A DNA stretch of 63,603 nt, filler included, from Globobulimina sp. (taxonomy: Eukaryota): the NCBI GenBank assembly GCA_003354225.1. It is 41 parts of 41 records of this genome, joined end to end, with 100 filler letters (N's around TTAATTAATTAA, not from the genome) between each part and the next. Parts side by side here need not be neighbours in the genome. Positions count along the whole stretch, not along the records: positions 23,318 to 24,771 come from PIVH01016416.1; positions 24,872 to 26,325 come from PIVH01016417.1; positions 26,426 to 27,879 come from PIVH01016418.1; positions 27,980 to 29,433 come from PIVH01016419.1; positions 29,534 to 30,987 come from PIVH01016420.1; positions 31,088 to 32,541 come from PIVH01016421.1; positions 32,642 to 34,095 come from PIVH01016422.1; positions 34,196 to 35,649 come from PIVH01016423.1; 33 more parts are not named here. One strand, written 5' to 3'. Positions 23,318 to 35,749 of this stretch are shown in pieces. Within the stretch, counting starts at the first letter, position 1. Every line of letters begins with the position of its first letter. A model generated the notes under the pieces. The model was given only the letters and a program-made list of their open reading frames with translations, did not search any database and had not been told where the DNA came from. The position numbers and the translations under genes were made by a program.

Positions 23318-24771
23318 AGAGTATAAAACCAAATATAAAGCTATTTTGATAACCATTCCTGAACATAACATGTCATTTAATTTGAAAGTACGAGAATTAC
23401 GTTATAAAAAACAAGAGGAGGAATATAATGATTTGAAAAAACTTCAAATTTGGAGGAATCAAAACGTTCGAACCGTTATGGACGAAGCCGATGATATTTG
23501 CCATTTTCGCAATGAATTGATTTATCCCATTGGCACACCAGAAATGATTGACGGCAAAGAATTTCGATGGCGAATTGTGATGGGAATGTTCCAGGCATTA
23601 CAGAAATGTGTACCCGATTTGTATAAAAAATATGGAGATGAACATTTTGCGTATATTGGCTCCGGAAACGTATTGTTTGCATCAACAATAAGATTAGTAT
23701 CAAACACACCTTATCCGGAAATATGTGAGTTGATAGTGAACGACATTGTAATTAATGATGGCACTGATTTAGAACTTCTAAACTGGACAAAAAATGAAAA
23801 GATTGAGATTATAAAATCAATAAAAAATCCAACCCAAACTAACAATGCGTTTAATCAGAGAACTAATGATTTTATATTGTTAATGCATGGTTTTTTGTAT
23901 GAAGAGTGTTTATTGTTAGTATTGAAAAGAAGATATAATGTAAATTATGGTATCCATAAATCGCGAACAAACACGTTAATGGCTGTTCCTTTCAGAGCCA
24001 AGAATACACCGTCAGAAAAATCTGAATATAGCCATCCGGATATTGCCATTATGTACACAATATTGAGTTATTATCAACATGGGTTGGATGATAAAATGAT
24101 AGATCAGATATTAAAACATAAATCAATTTCAAAATGTTATGATCTTTGGTTAGCGACATTGAGTAAAGTTTTTAACAAAAATGATGTCAATGTTCCAGTA
24201 CAGTGGAAATTTGTTAATTTATCAAATAATATGCAATATCAAAGAATTAAATCATTGTTCACAAAGTGTATATTAGTCATCAATTTTTTTTTAGATGAAT
24301 TTGTATTTCCAATCTATGCCAAGCAGTTTCCATTGAAATTATCCAATTCTTCATGGAATATTACATCAACAGAACTGAATAAATATCCTATGGTAGGATT
24401 TAGCGGCACCAATGAATTGAGTGTATTATACCCATTATATATACAGCAGAATGATTTAGAATTTGTTAGAAACACAAATAATGAGTTAAACGATATTTTA
24501 TCACAACCAGAAGCTGTTAAACATTTGACAGTGCATAAATATTTATCACCAGACGATATAAACAACAATAAAATTGATGTTGTATTGGATGTTGGAGCAA
24601 TTGTTGGAAAATCAAACAAAGAGTTTGTCAAACAATGGTTAAATATTCGTAAAGATAAGCAAGCCGCGATTTATTTTGATGAGAAGGACCGTATAAAAGT
24701 ATTATTAAGAAATGGTAAGGAATTATTGTATGAAACCTCACAATTTAAAGATAATTTGGAGCATTGCATAG
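23318..24771 (+). CDS. DUF3638/DUF3645-type large protein (P-loop-related), internal fragment
   Basis: VMDEADDI...LIYPIG, MAVPFRAKNTPSEKSEYSHPDIAIMYTILSYY, GFSGTN, LDVGA. Confidence 0.85.
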
Positions 24772-24871
24772 NNNNNNNNNNNNNNNNNNNNNNNNNNNNN
24801 NNNNNNNNNNNNNNNTTAATTAATTAANNNNNNNNNNNNNNNNNNNNNNNNNNNNNNNNNNNNNNNNNNNN

Positions 24872-26325
24872 TTATTTGGTTTTGGTTTTGGTTTATTAGA
24901 TTTTTCTGCATGATAACCATTGTGATGATGATTATTATTATTATGATTATTATGGTAATGCTTGTGATAGTAAGTATTGTCTATCTCCTCCTCCTCCTCG
25001 TCCTCCTCCTCCTCACTGTCAACTTCTTTTAAAGTATGCATCTTATTTTTATTATTATTGTTGCGATATTTATTCAATTCATCGTCAAACTCATTGATGA
25101 CAAAAGAATCCCTATAATTCATTGGATGCATATGCTCTAAAAATAAATGCTCCGTTCCTTTGGAACCTAATTTGCCTCGAAATGAATCATATTCTTTGTC
25201 TTGTTTCTCTGCTTTGACTTTCTGAGTTAAATTGGATTGTTTTCGATGATGACTTTTCCGAAAACTTAAATCATCAAAAGACACTTTCTGTTTTTCCTTT
25301 GAACTCCTTCTTTTTTTATCAATATCTATTTTTCCGTCCTCCTCATTCTCGTCGTAGCTGGCTCTTTGCCCAAACTTCCTCTTTAAAACGGTTTGTTTTA
25401 ACTTTCGATGCGCATTTTTGAAGCTTGTATTACTTACTTCCACTTTCCACACATTCTCAATAATATCATTGCAATTCGCTCTACATTTTGGGTCTTTGTC
25501 TAATAGTTTCTTCACCAAATCTTGCGTCGATTTGCTGACATGATTCCAATCTTCGTCCTCCAATTCCAGCCTATCATTGGTTATCGCATCAGAAACATTG
25601 TAATCTGTCTCGCCGTCAAACGGCGGATAGCCACAAACCAAAATGTACATAATCACGCCCAATGACCAATAATCTACGCAATGATCGTACGGTTTATGCG
25701 CCAATATCTCGGGCGCCGTATAACTCAAAGTACCGATTCTGGTCTTCATTGTGCTGTTATTGCTGTTATTGCTGTGTGACTGGGTATGGCTGTCCACTAT
25801 GGCCGATATGCCAAAGTCTGCGATTTTTACTTGTTTTATGGAGTCCAAGACACACAAAATATTCTCGGGCTGTCACACAGATAAAATTAAAACAATGCAG
25901 AGTGGAAAGGAAAGGATGTACCTTGAGATCTCTGTGCACGATGCCCATATCGTGCATGTACTCCACGCCCGAGGCCAACTGATGCATTATTTGACAGCAA
26001 TCCACTTCCGAATAATGGTCCCCGTCCAAATTAGCAATTTTATCAAATAGTTCGCCTCCTTTGCAACTATACAATACTACAATTTGTAATTAATATGCGA
26101 ATTTGCGTAAAACTTAACTATTCCATAACAATATATAAATATTTCCTGGTTTCAAAGAGGTCGCACAATTCAACAATGTATGGATTGGATAATTGTTTTA
26201 AAATTTGGATCTCGCGCTGCAGCATATTTTGGTCGCACTTGCGTTTGTCGATGATTTTGATGGCGAACTCTTCGTTGCTGACCCGGTGTTTGGCAGCAAT
26301 GACTTTGGCGGACTGCGAGTCAGAA
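24872..26325 (-). CDS. CaMK-group Ser/Thr protein kinase, intron-containing, partial
   Basis: FAIKIIDK, GGELFDKI, HRDLK-intron-PENIL, ADFG, GTLSYTAPE, DYWSLGVIMYILVCGYPPF. Confidence 0.93.
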
Positions 26326-26792
26326 NNNNNNNNNNNNNNNNNNNNNNNNNNNNNNNNNNNNNNNNNNNNTTAATTAATTAANNNNNNNNNNNNNNNNNNN
26401 NNNNNNNNNNNNNNNNNNNNNNNNNTGGTACATGTTGCGACATGTTCAATGGTTAATGATGCTTGCTTGAATTTTGGAATCATATGAGATAATCCATTTT
26501 CATTCAACCATGTGTTCGTATCGAACCCTTCTATCACATCAGTGTCAAAATGTTGTGCCATTAGACTCCACTCACTGGCACTCAGTAATATTAAACTTTT
26601 AATTCGAAAATGTTAATTTTGAATCATGAATTTTGAATATTATGATCATGATTTACGTTTCTTTTTGTGCTTCGTGTTTTAAATCATTGTTTTATGAATG
26701 AATACTTGTTTATTGTTTTCATGGAAGGAAATTAACATTCATCCGGTGCAAGAAACAACAACGAACTTCTAAAAACAATACTTGAGTTTTAC

Positions 26793-27879
26793 ATGGCAGC
26801 CGCCGCGGAGTCGCTTGATATTGAATACATAATTTCCTTACGAGAAACAGCTGATGAATTTTTAGCACAATCAAAACTAAAAGAAGCGCAAGCGGCATTA
26901 TTAGAAATCAAAAAATTATCCCCAACCGACGACAAATTATTAATTGAAATTGGCGATATATGTTTACGCCTAAACAACGCCTTTGGTGCAAAATATTACT
27001 ACGAGCAAGCACGGCGTATTGAGGCTTCAAACGTTAATATTTACACTAAATTAGCGTTGCTATATCAACACCAACTAAATCAACCATTGAAAGCTGAACA
27101 ATATTACCAATCAATATTTATTTTAGATGCACAAAACACGTTCGCTTATTTTAATTTGGCCAAATTATACATACAACAAAACCGCAATGACGACGCACAA
27201 ATCGCATTCCAAAAATGTCTTGAGATTGATGTTCATAATGCATTGTACCACAATGAGTATGGTAAGCTATTACAAAAAATGGGTGATCTCAAAGAAGCTG
27301 AATGGGAGTTAAAACAAGCAATGTTAATGGATGAAAACAATAAAACGTACCAAAATGACCATGCTCACATATTAAAATTAAAAGCATCGCAATTGCAATC
27401 AGCAGAAGGTGCTGATGATGCATATGTGGCCATTGATACACTCAACAAACAACGGGACAATTCCTGTGCAAATATAATGGAAAGCTATTCGTTAAAACGT
27501 GTAATTCGGCACAAAGGAACATTGTTATTGTCAGGTTTTTGTAGGTACAAAGGAGTGACATTGGATATGAAAGGGCTATGTTTTATGTATTTTCTTTCTG
27601 ATTATCCAGACATAATATTCGATGATACACTGCGCTGTTTCAATGACTTTGGTCGAATGGAAGTGGAAACAATTTTGTTTGACTTATTGTGTGCTGGACC
27701 ATGCCCGGAGGACAAAGTTAAACTGATTTTGATGCAGTTGATTAATAAATGTATTTTATGTTCAGCGATGCAGTACGAATTTATGGCAAATTATATGTCA
27801 TATTTGTTGTCGTCAGCCACCGTTATTGAGCTTTATGCGTCGTTGAAGGATATTAATGGCGAACAAACTGATATTGTTA
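26793..27879 (+). CDS. TPR-repeat protein, 3' truncated
   Basis: Repeated ~34-aa helical units, e.g. AYFNLAKLY...AQIAFQKCLEID and YHNEYGKLL...AEWELKQAM. Confidence 0.8.
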
Positions 27880-28161
27880 NNNNNNNNNNNNNNNNNNNNN
27901 NNNNNNNNNNNNNNNNNNNNNNNTTAATTAATTAANNNNNNNNNNNNNNNNNNNNNNNNNNNNNNNNNNNNNNNNNNNNTAGAATAGAAAGTCTCTATAA
28001 AGAAGCGAAATTCTGTGCAGGTCTAGCTTTCTCAAAACGAAGCATTGAAGTCTTACTTTTTAGAACCTATCTGATTAACAATACACACACAATACAACAA
28101 CACAAAAGTCTAGAAAAATGACGAAAGAGTCAGTGTGGTCATCCCTATTGCCAATCACAAA

Positions 28162-28437
28162 AGAAGTGTTTAGAAGTTTAAGCCTAAAAAGTCAAACTGT
28201 GTTTACATAAAAAGCAGTGGCTAAACAGAAAAAATACTAGTTTGCTATTTGTTTTTTCAGAGAAAAACAGTGGAAGTGGATATTGTTTTTTTGATATGCA
28301 AAACATGTGACTTTTTATGTTCACACTTCTAAACACTTCTTTTGCGATTGACTAAGTTTTTTAAAGCTTTTTGCGCATACAATTAGGCTACATTTAGGGC
28401 AGCGCCCCGCGAAAAAACTTTAAAAAACTTAGTCAAT
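28162..28437. repeat. Two abutting inverted-repeat pairs (28162-28187/28325-28350 and 28347-28375/28409-28437)
   Basis: CAATC(A/G)CAAAAGAAGTGTTTAGAAGT arms (26 bp, 1 mismatch); ATTGACTAAGTTTTTTAAAG / CTTTAAAAAACTTAGTCAAT arms. Confidence 0.7.
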
Positions 28438-28584
28438 TGGGCCCAAAAATGTTTTGATATGCATAGGTAAACCCTTTCGAAAAGCGTAATAGAATGGAAA
28501 AACGTAGTTTGGACAATTATAATATAGTCGATATATAACAGTTTAACAGTTTTGTTTTGAAACAATTGAAACAAACAGTATTTG

Positions 28585-29433
28585 TTATTGATATGTAGTT
28601 GGATAAATATCTTCTTCCTCGGCCAGCGCTTCCTGTTCCTGTTCCTGTTCCTCTTCTTCTTCTTCTTCTTCCCCCTTTTCATCATCATCTATTTGTATCA
28701 GATATTCCTCATTATCAATGTCATTAACATCAAAAAAGACATTATCATAATCAATCATCACTTCCTGTTTTTCAAAATATTCCATAATTAAATCTTTTAT
28801 TTGTGATTCAGCGTCGATAAATTCCATTTCATGCATTCCTTCCCCTTTATACCAATGAAAAAAGGCTTTTTTGGAAAATAATTTATCAAAGGATTCCCAA
28901 ATTCGTTGAAAACAGTCCTTAACAGATGTAAGGTTTGCAATCATTGTCGCAGAGCATGGGACATTTAAGGGTTTCACCTTAATTATTGATGTTTTAACAT
29001 TGTGTGGTATCCATTCAACAAATATTTCACTCATAATATTTAAATATTCTTTTGTGATATTGTCAATCTCTGACGATGACAAATCACGCCCACGATACAT
29101 GATCGACGATGACAAGAATTTACCGTCTCCTTCCTCACTAATCGAGGTTAATAAATGTTTTTTATTCCATACATTGTCAGATATTCTTTTTATACTCCAA
29201 TCGGTTGTCATATATTGCTGTCCAGATTGTATTAATGGAGAATAGGAAGATGTAAAAAAGTGTAATCTTGGAAATGGTACTAAGTTTACGCACATTTTCC
29301 TTAAATCACAGTTTAAAAGACCAGGAAACCGCAAGGAAGCAGAACAGCCACTCATTGTTAGCGATAAAATCCAATTTAGATCATTAAAAGATGGCGATTT
29401 TTGTTTCAATATATTATGAGAGATATTAAAGAT
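28585..29433 (-). CDS. TUBB: Divergent beta-tubulin (foraminiferan type-2-like), C-terminal half
   Basis: LNWILSLTMSG, SLRFPG.LN.DLRKM.VNLVPFPRLHFF, DGKFLS, FVEWIP.NVK, AFFHWYKGEGM.EMEF, acidic tail. LNW and WYKGEG are features of Retaria beta-2 tubulins. Confidence 0.88.
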   Translation of the reverse strand: MFNISHNILKQKSPSFNDLNWILSLTMSGCSASLRFPGLLNCDLRKMCVNLVPFPRLHFFTSSYSPLIQSGQQYMTTDWSIKRISDNVWNKKHLLTSISEEGDGKFLSSSIMYRGRDLSSSEIDNITKEYLNIMSEIFVEWIPHNVKTSIIKVKPLNVPCSATMIANLTSVKDCFQRIWESFDKLFSKKAFFHWYKGEGMHEMEFIDAESQIKDLIMEYFEKQEVMIDYDNVFFDVNDIDNEEYLIQIDDDEKGEEEEEEEEQEQEQEALAEEEDIYPTTYQ

Positions 29434-29533
29434 NNNNNNNNNNNNNNNNNNNNNNNNNNNNNNNNNNNNNNNNNNNNTTAATTAATTAANNNNNNNNNNN
29501 NNNNNNNNNNNNNNNNNNNNNNNNNNNNNNNNN

Positions 29534-29936
29534 TGGCTCCAAGCAATGACTTAAATTTATATATTGAGAGATCGTTCTTCATGGTCAAGGCAGGTCTTAA
29601 AAAAGCGCAGCCTGTGTATTTTCCACATTGGCTTTTTACCCTGATAGCGGTCCGGCATTCATAGTTCCCCTGACCATGAATAGACAACTGTTTCAAGACT
29701 TTGTTGATCGATTTTTTCGCCTTCACTTTCCCGACAAACCCCAGAGGATGATCAGCCAGGCCAGTACCGACACTTCCCGCCGAGCAATCAATAGCAGTCA
29801 GTACTTTTTTTACAAGCAGCGGAGTCCCTAATGTACCAGCAGAGATTATGACAACATCGGCTTCAACCGAATACCATTTCTTCCCAATAGAATAGCTGAC
29901 AGAGTGAATTTTCTTATCGACAGAATTAAATTCAAG
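29534..29936 (-). CDS. Bacterial-like GMC oxidoreductase fragment
   Basis: EADVVIISAGTLGTPLL...VGTGLADHP; higher GC than the rest of the contig; the frame ends at the junction ~29937. Confidence 0.65.
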
Positions 29937-29958
29937 TCAAACCATTGATTCCTTCCAC

Positions 29959-30987
29959 GTGGATTCCGTCATAAAAATATTCCCAGATTTCAAACCTTGC
30001 AGAAAAAACAGAAACAAATATTTTAACGAAATCAAAATTAAGCGCAATGCGAAAAGAATAGATCGAATATCAGATTCCATAACAGCCATTGTACCATTTT
30101 ACAATGAAAAGGCCAGCGAAATCCATGCAACATTACGATCATTGTATCTTTCTTTTGATTATATTAAAAAAAAAGAAGCAAGATATAAATTTACCCATTT
30201 CAATGTGTTATTAGTTGGCGATGGCTGGTTCAAAGCAGACATCTCAACAAAACGATATTTAGTGAAATTATATAATTGTTGTACGCAAATGGATGATAGT
30301 TTTGAATCATTTTCTCAACAGAAACATAAACATAACACCATTGTGTTACAGACCAAATTTAATAAGAAATTGTGCATCAATCCATTTAGAAATAATGAAA
30401 AAAGAATGTTTTTAAAAGTAACAACAATCATTAAAATTGACAACAGGAAAAAAGCAAACTCTCACGAATGGTTTTTAGGCAGATATGGTTTTGCGGAATG
30501 GTGTAAATGCGAATACATGTTTTTCACAGGTATTAGGTCTATAAAATTATAGTTAAACTGTTGTGATACAAATATTAATATTTATCAGATGCATATTCAA
30601 CAATGAATGAGGAGGGATTGTATGCGATGTTGATGCATATGAAAGAAGCAGAAAACCAGGATGTTGTATGTTGTACCGGGCGAGCAAGAGTTTATACCAT
30701 TAAACAAGAATTATTTTTGAAGAATTTGTTACGAGAACTACAGCCCGATGCAGATGAAGAAAGTGACACTGATGAAAAAAAGGAAGAAAGTGAAGAAAAG
30801 CATGATAATGAAAATGATACAGTTTGTGATTCTGTGCAAATGGTACCATTGGATTTAAAGGTACGAATTGCCGGAATTGGTACTAATACAGTTTTAGTTG
30901 AAGATGATAATAAATATGATGATGATGTATCTTTTTATGAGTGGTGGGGAAATGATATATTTGCGCCATCGGATGGAGATGCAGATG
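29959..30987 (+). CDS. Chitin synthase-like GT2 glycosyltransferase, intron-containing fragment
   Basis: IVPFYNE, LLVGDG, KIDNRKKANSHEWF, FT-intron-DAYS, VVCCTGR. Confidence 0.75.
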
Positions 30988-31138
30988 NNNNNNNNNNNNN
31001 NNNNNNNNNNNNNNNNNNNNNNNNNNNNNNNTTAATTAATTAANNNNNNNNNNNNNNNNNNNNNNNNNNNNNNNNNNNNNNNNNNNNTAGTTGTTTGATA
31101 GAAAAACTTCCGAACTTTTTTCTACTAAGCCTCGCCTA

Positions 31139-32500
31139 ATGACGTTTCTGGTGTTTACAACAATTACAATTTGCATTCAAAACGTGGTACCAACAATTGC
31201 AACATACTATGTTGATCCAGCAGCCAGTACAGGTGGTTCTGGCCTGTCATGGCCTGATGCATTCCGCACATTAGACAGTGCCTTATCATCAGCAAACCAA
31301 CTAACGGATGAAATATGGTTAATGGCTGGTTTTACTTACATCCCATCAAATCCATCAGACAGAACTGATTGTTTTGTGTCAAATAATGATATAAGAATTT
31401 ATGGAGGATTTGATGGTTCTGAAACAAATATAAATCAACGTAATATAAATAATGTAGCATCGATTATATCTGGTGATATCGGAGTAATTAATGATAAAAC
31501 AGATAATTGCTATCATGTTATTCAATATAAACAAACATTGACATTAAATAATCTAATAATACAAGATGGCAATGCCAATTATGACGGCGATTATGCAACG
31601 CAAACAAATGTGTTACATCGTTATGGCGGAGCACTTATTACAACAGATATCACAAGAACGACTTTATTGTATTTAAACAATGTGACTATACGGAATAATA
31701 CGGCTATAAATGGCGGCGCTTTATTTGTGTCAAGCACTGCTATGAATAATGTTGATGTTGTCATTAAAAATTCTAAATTCGAATATAACAATGCAATCAA
31801 TGGTATGTGCTTTGTATTACACTAAAATCCATTTATATAAATTCTGCAACCAATGTAAGGGGAATTTGAAGGTGGATATGGAGGGGCAATTTACGAAATG
31901 TTCCTTGCGAATGTTACTGTATTTAATACTCAATTTAATCACAATGAGGCTATATACCGAGGAGGTGCTATATATCAGGTTTGATACTGCAATCAATATC
32001 TGTTAGATTATAATATTGAAAGCAATAAAATATACGCAAAGGATTATGGAGCTGTATTACACATTGATTCATGCACTTTCAATGACAATAAGGTAAATGG
32101 TTGGGGTGGATCCATATTTAGCGAAGATCGCAACTCTCAAACAACTGGAACATTTCCACAAATAATGGCATCAACGTTTAGCAATAATTATGCAGGAATT
32201 GACGGTGGTGCTATATGTTGGTTTAATGGAGTTATTGGTACATTGCTAAATAATCAATTTACATCTAATGTGGCCCAGGGTAAAGGTGGTGCCATTGCAT
32301 TGATAAATGCTCAATCTACATCAGTAGGAAATGGATTTACTACAAATACAGCAAATCTTGATTCAAACACCAATAATGAATATAATGAAGCAGAGTTTGT
32401 TTATTCTGATATTGATGAGACGTTGACATTTGATATAAGTGGAGAATTGTCATGCAAACAGAGATTGATCTGTATGGAATACTATGCAAACAGAGATTGA
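31139..32500 (+). CDS. Secreted pectin-lyase-fold / GGA(I/L)-repeat beta-helix protein with two introns
   Basis: Signal peptide; YVD...GLSWPDAF, IYGGFDGSET...QRN, ISGDIG..DNCYHVI; repeated N.A..GGA(I/L). Introns 31803-31859 and 31979-32041 keep the frame. Confidence 0.8.
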
Positions 32501-32641
32501 TCTGTATCCATTTAATATTACTGATAGTTTATGTTTTGTTGNNNNNNNNNNNNNNNNNNNNNNNNNNNNNNNNNNNNNNNNNNNNTTAATTAATTAANNN
32601 NNNNNNNNNNNNNNNNNNNNNNNNNNNNNNNNNNNNNNNNN

Positions 32642-34095
32642 TCAATTTATAATATATATTTGATTATAATACATGAGATCCACTTTTTCAATCATTTTTG
32701 AAAGAGAATACAACCTAAAATCAAAATAATTTTGTTCATATAACGTTTTCCAATCATTTTGAGTCACGTATTGAGTGTACATGTTGCGGGTAACAGAACT
32801 GCTTTGTTTGCCAAATGAAAATATGTCAATATTTTGACTTATATTAAAATGATATTTCATATGTTTTCCAAATACATTCCACATAGAATGTGTATCGGAC
32901 ATTTTTGTAGGTCCAGCTATAATATTTTCAAATGTTTTGTTTGCAAATTTTATCGCATGAACAGCAGAGCTATCTTTCTCATACGATGCGAAATTTAATA
33001 CATAATCTATTTTCAATAACAACTTGATTGCATTATAAAAATGTACATCATTCTCATTTATTTGATCTGTCGGCATTAATAAACTTTTTAATGGATTAAA
33101 TCCTGACATACCGGTATGTACAATATCATCTTCCTCCCATTCATAACCAATCCATTTCGTCACTGCATTGCTCGAATATGGCCGAATCCATTCGTTTCTC
33201 TCTCGAATCCTTATTTGTGTTTTTTTTTCCTTATCTCCACCAATAATATCAACCACATTATTTCCCGCTGCATTCACTGTAAAATTAAATAATGAAAAAT
33301 AAAAATTTGGTAATAATTTGGGTAAATCAAATTTATTTCGCAGCCCAATCCAACGACTATTATTTTCTGTCAATGTCCTCATTTCAAACTGTGTATGGGA
33401 CTTAGCCCAAGAAAATATTCTCTCGATTGGCGACCTCAACGTCATAACATACACAAATTTATTGCATAGCAATGGGTGTTTTATATTATTTTTGTTTTTA
33501 TTTGGATATAACGGCGCTTCTCTGGCAATCATTGTGCTTTCATGCATAGTATACTGTTCGTCGCAGGTCTTTGCCGCAGGATTTCCATAACGAACAAATG
33601 ATTTCCCATCGCCCGCATTGCAGTTCCTTTTTTGCAGAGGATATGGCCGTATTTTTCGTTGATATTTCTGTGCTTTTAATGAGAATGTACTCTGCCTTTT
33701 TTTTGCATTTCTGAACCAGTGACAAATAAAAGTTCCAGCACTTCGCGGCTGATGAATATTGAATATTGTGTAGTTATTACGATATGTAAAGATATATTCT
33801 CTTTCCATGTTGGCAATTAGTGTTAAAATGTTTGCATATTCCGGCTCAGCAACATAGTCATGATCAGACTCAGCAATGTATATATATTGAAAGAGCATAA
33901 TAATCCGCCTCAAAGCTATCAAATCATGGTAATTGAAATCGGTTGTTATTTGTAATGAATTTGATGTTGTTTTTAATAATTTTGGCATGTCATCGGCCGC
34001 TGCAACACAGTCAGTGTAAGTATTGACATTCTCATCATATTGCTTTGAAAATATATGATGTAACTTTGTAGCAACGAATAATTTGTTGAATAAAT
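32642..34095 (-). CDS. Sulfotransferase-like protein
   Basis: IHQPRSAGT (5'-PSB-like), LRSPIERIFS (3'-PB-like) and C-terminal N.FD.RLY. Confidence 0.7.
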
Positions 34096-34195
34096 NNNNN
34101 NNNNNNNNNNNNNNNNNNNNNNNNNNNNNNNNNNNNNNNTTAATTAATTAANNNNNNNNNNNNNNNNNNNNNNNNNNNNNNNNNNNNNNNNNNNN

Positions 34196-34340
34196 ACAAG
34201 GTGTTCCGTTATCAGTTTCTTTTTATGATGATCATTGAAGCAATCAATATGAGGAATGTATTGAATATATTCGACAACAATTTATGTATAAAAATAGAAA
34301 TCCGCAAGAAAAACAAATCTATACTCATGTGACATTTGCC
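34196..34340 (+). pseudogene. Heterotrimeric G-protein alpha subunit C-terminal remnant
   Basis: VPLSVSFYDDH*SNQYEECIEYIRQQFMYKNRNPQEKQIYTHVTFA, matching the G-alpha IYxHxTCA region, with an in-frame TGA. Confidence 0.7.
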
Positions 34341-34653
34341 GGCAGTCGAACACTTGAGACTTCCTAGGTTATTGCGGTCAACACGAAGAAAGTGTTTTTG
34401 ATGATTGACTTCGTACTTCAGTTCTCATCAGAAACAAAACCTTTCTTCTCTCGACCTTAATTGTTTGAAGCGTGAAGCGCAGGACACTTGCCAGACAACC
34501 TACATTCGTGATTGTTCAACTGACTCGTCCCGACCATAAAACCCAGCGCGCACCTAGGCGAAACCTATGACGACGCTCAATGCATTATCGAAGAATGAAC
34601 ATACGGTCTACCACGAATGTCTGGTTTTAAAATGAAAGTGCTCAAATCACAAT

Positions 34654-35649
34654 TTATAATGAAGGTTGCAAACAATACGATTGATGAATCTGTTGATTCC
34701 ATGAAGCAATAATTCCATTGGTATTTCCATGTTGAACATTATTTGAATAATTCAATAAATCCCCATTTGGTTCAGTTAAACAGCCACCAATACATTCTAA
34801 ACATGCTTGCGGTGCACAAGTATCCCATTTTTTAGTTCCTTTTGAGAAATGTACGTAAGAATCCGCAGATCCTTCCAAGATCATCAACACTTTACCGCCG
34901 GCACCTCCTTGTCGTATAATTGAATGTGGATGGCATTTATTTATATAATTTGTAATATTTTCACTTAAATGACTTCGCGAACAGCACACAATTCTTCGTT
35001 TTGTATCTCTTTTTTTAAAATCACTCTCTGTTAAAATATCAATGGATGTTATCTCTTCAGTATCGAATATATCATCATATTCCTTTTTTTCTTCTGCATC
35101 CTTATCATTATTACTGTTATTGAAATATTTACGTTTTTCAAAGAATAAGCAGGGAATGCGTGCGAAAGCAAATATGGTTTGATTTGAAAAGGGTCGATTT
35201 ATAACACCAGCAATCGGATGTCCTTTATAAGCAATACCGATTAAACACGTTACTGCATTCTTTATCCCTTCCGTATATTCTTTGGTTCCATCAATGGGAT
35301 CGATCCAAATACAGACATCTTTTGACTCTAAATCTTGTTTTATTATTTCTGAATATTTGTCACCTGATAAGTATTTAGCATATATATCATTTTTATAATA
35401 TATTTGCGGTAAATCTAATAATGGAGTTATTGGGGCAATTAAATGCATGTTTTGCTTGCTTTCGTCGTCTTCTTCACCAATCACTGATATTCCTGGGAAT
35501 GTGCTCAATAATGAGGATTGGATCAATTGCTGCGCTGCAATGTCAGCGATTGTTTGCGGATCTTTGGCCTTCAATCCATCATCACCTTGTAACTCTTTTT
35601 GAATTTTCATGGATTTATCAATAATGTGCAGGTTGCCTGTTTCAAATAC
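34654..35649 (-). CDS. BPNT1: 3'(2'),5'-bisphosphate nucleotidase (inositol monophosphatase family), 5' truncated
   Basis: DPQTIAD, IGEED, WIDPIDGTKEY, SRSH, GGAGGKV, KKWDTCAP. Confidence 0.93.
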   Translation of the reverse strand, partial: VFETGNLHIIDKSMKIQKELQGDDGLKAKDPQTIADIAAQQLIQSSLLSTFPGISVIGEEDDESKQNMHLIAPITPLLDLPQIYYKNDIYAKYLSGDKYSEIIKQDLESKDVCIWIDPIDGTKEYTEGIKNAVTCLIGIAYKGHPIAGVINRPFSNQTIFAFARIPCLFFEKRKYFNNSNNDKDAEEKKEYDDIFDTEEITSIDILTESDFKKRDTKRRIVCCSRSHLSENITNYINKCHPHSIIRQGGAGGKVLMILEGSADSYVHFSKGTKKWDTCAPQACLECIGGCLTEPNGDLLNYSNNVQHGNTNGIIASWNQQIHQSYCLQPSL

Positions 35650-35749
35650 NNNNNNNNNNNNNNNNNNNNNNNNNNNNNNNNNNNNNNNNNNNNTTAATTA
35701 ATTAANNNNNNNNNNNNNNNNNNNNNNNNNNNNNNNNNNNNNNNNNNNN

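Noticed and set aside
29534..30000. Bacterial GMC gene next to chitin synthase as an HGT island
   Set aside because: Both genes appear truncated at an abrupt compositional junction; consistent with the other chimeric contigs.
34395..34440. Hammerhead-like CTGATGA...GAA on the minus strand
   Set aside because: Stem II has a mismatch, GAAA is GAAG, and stems I and III do not pair convincingly.
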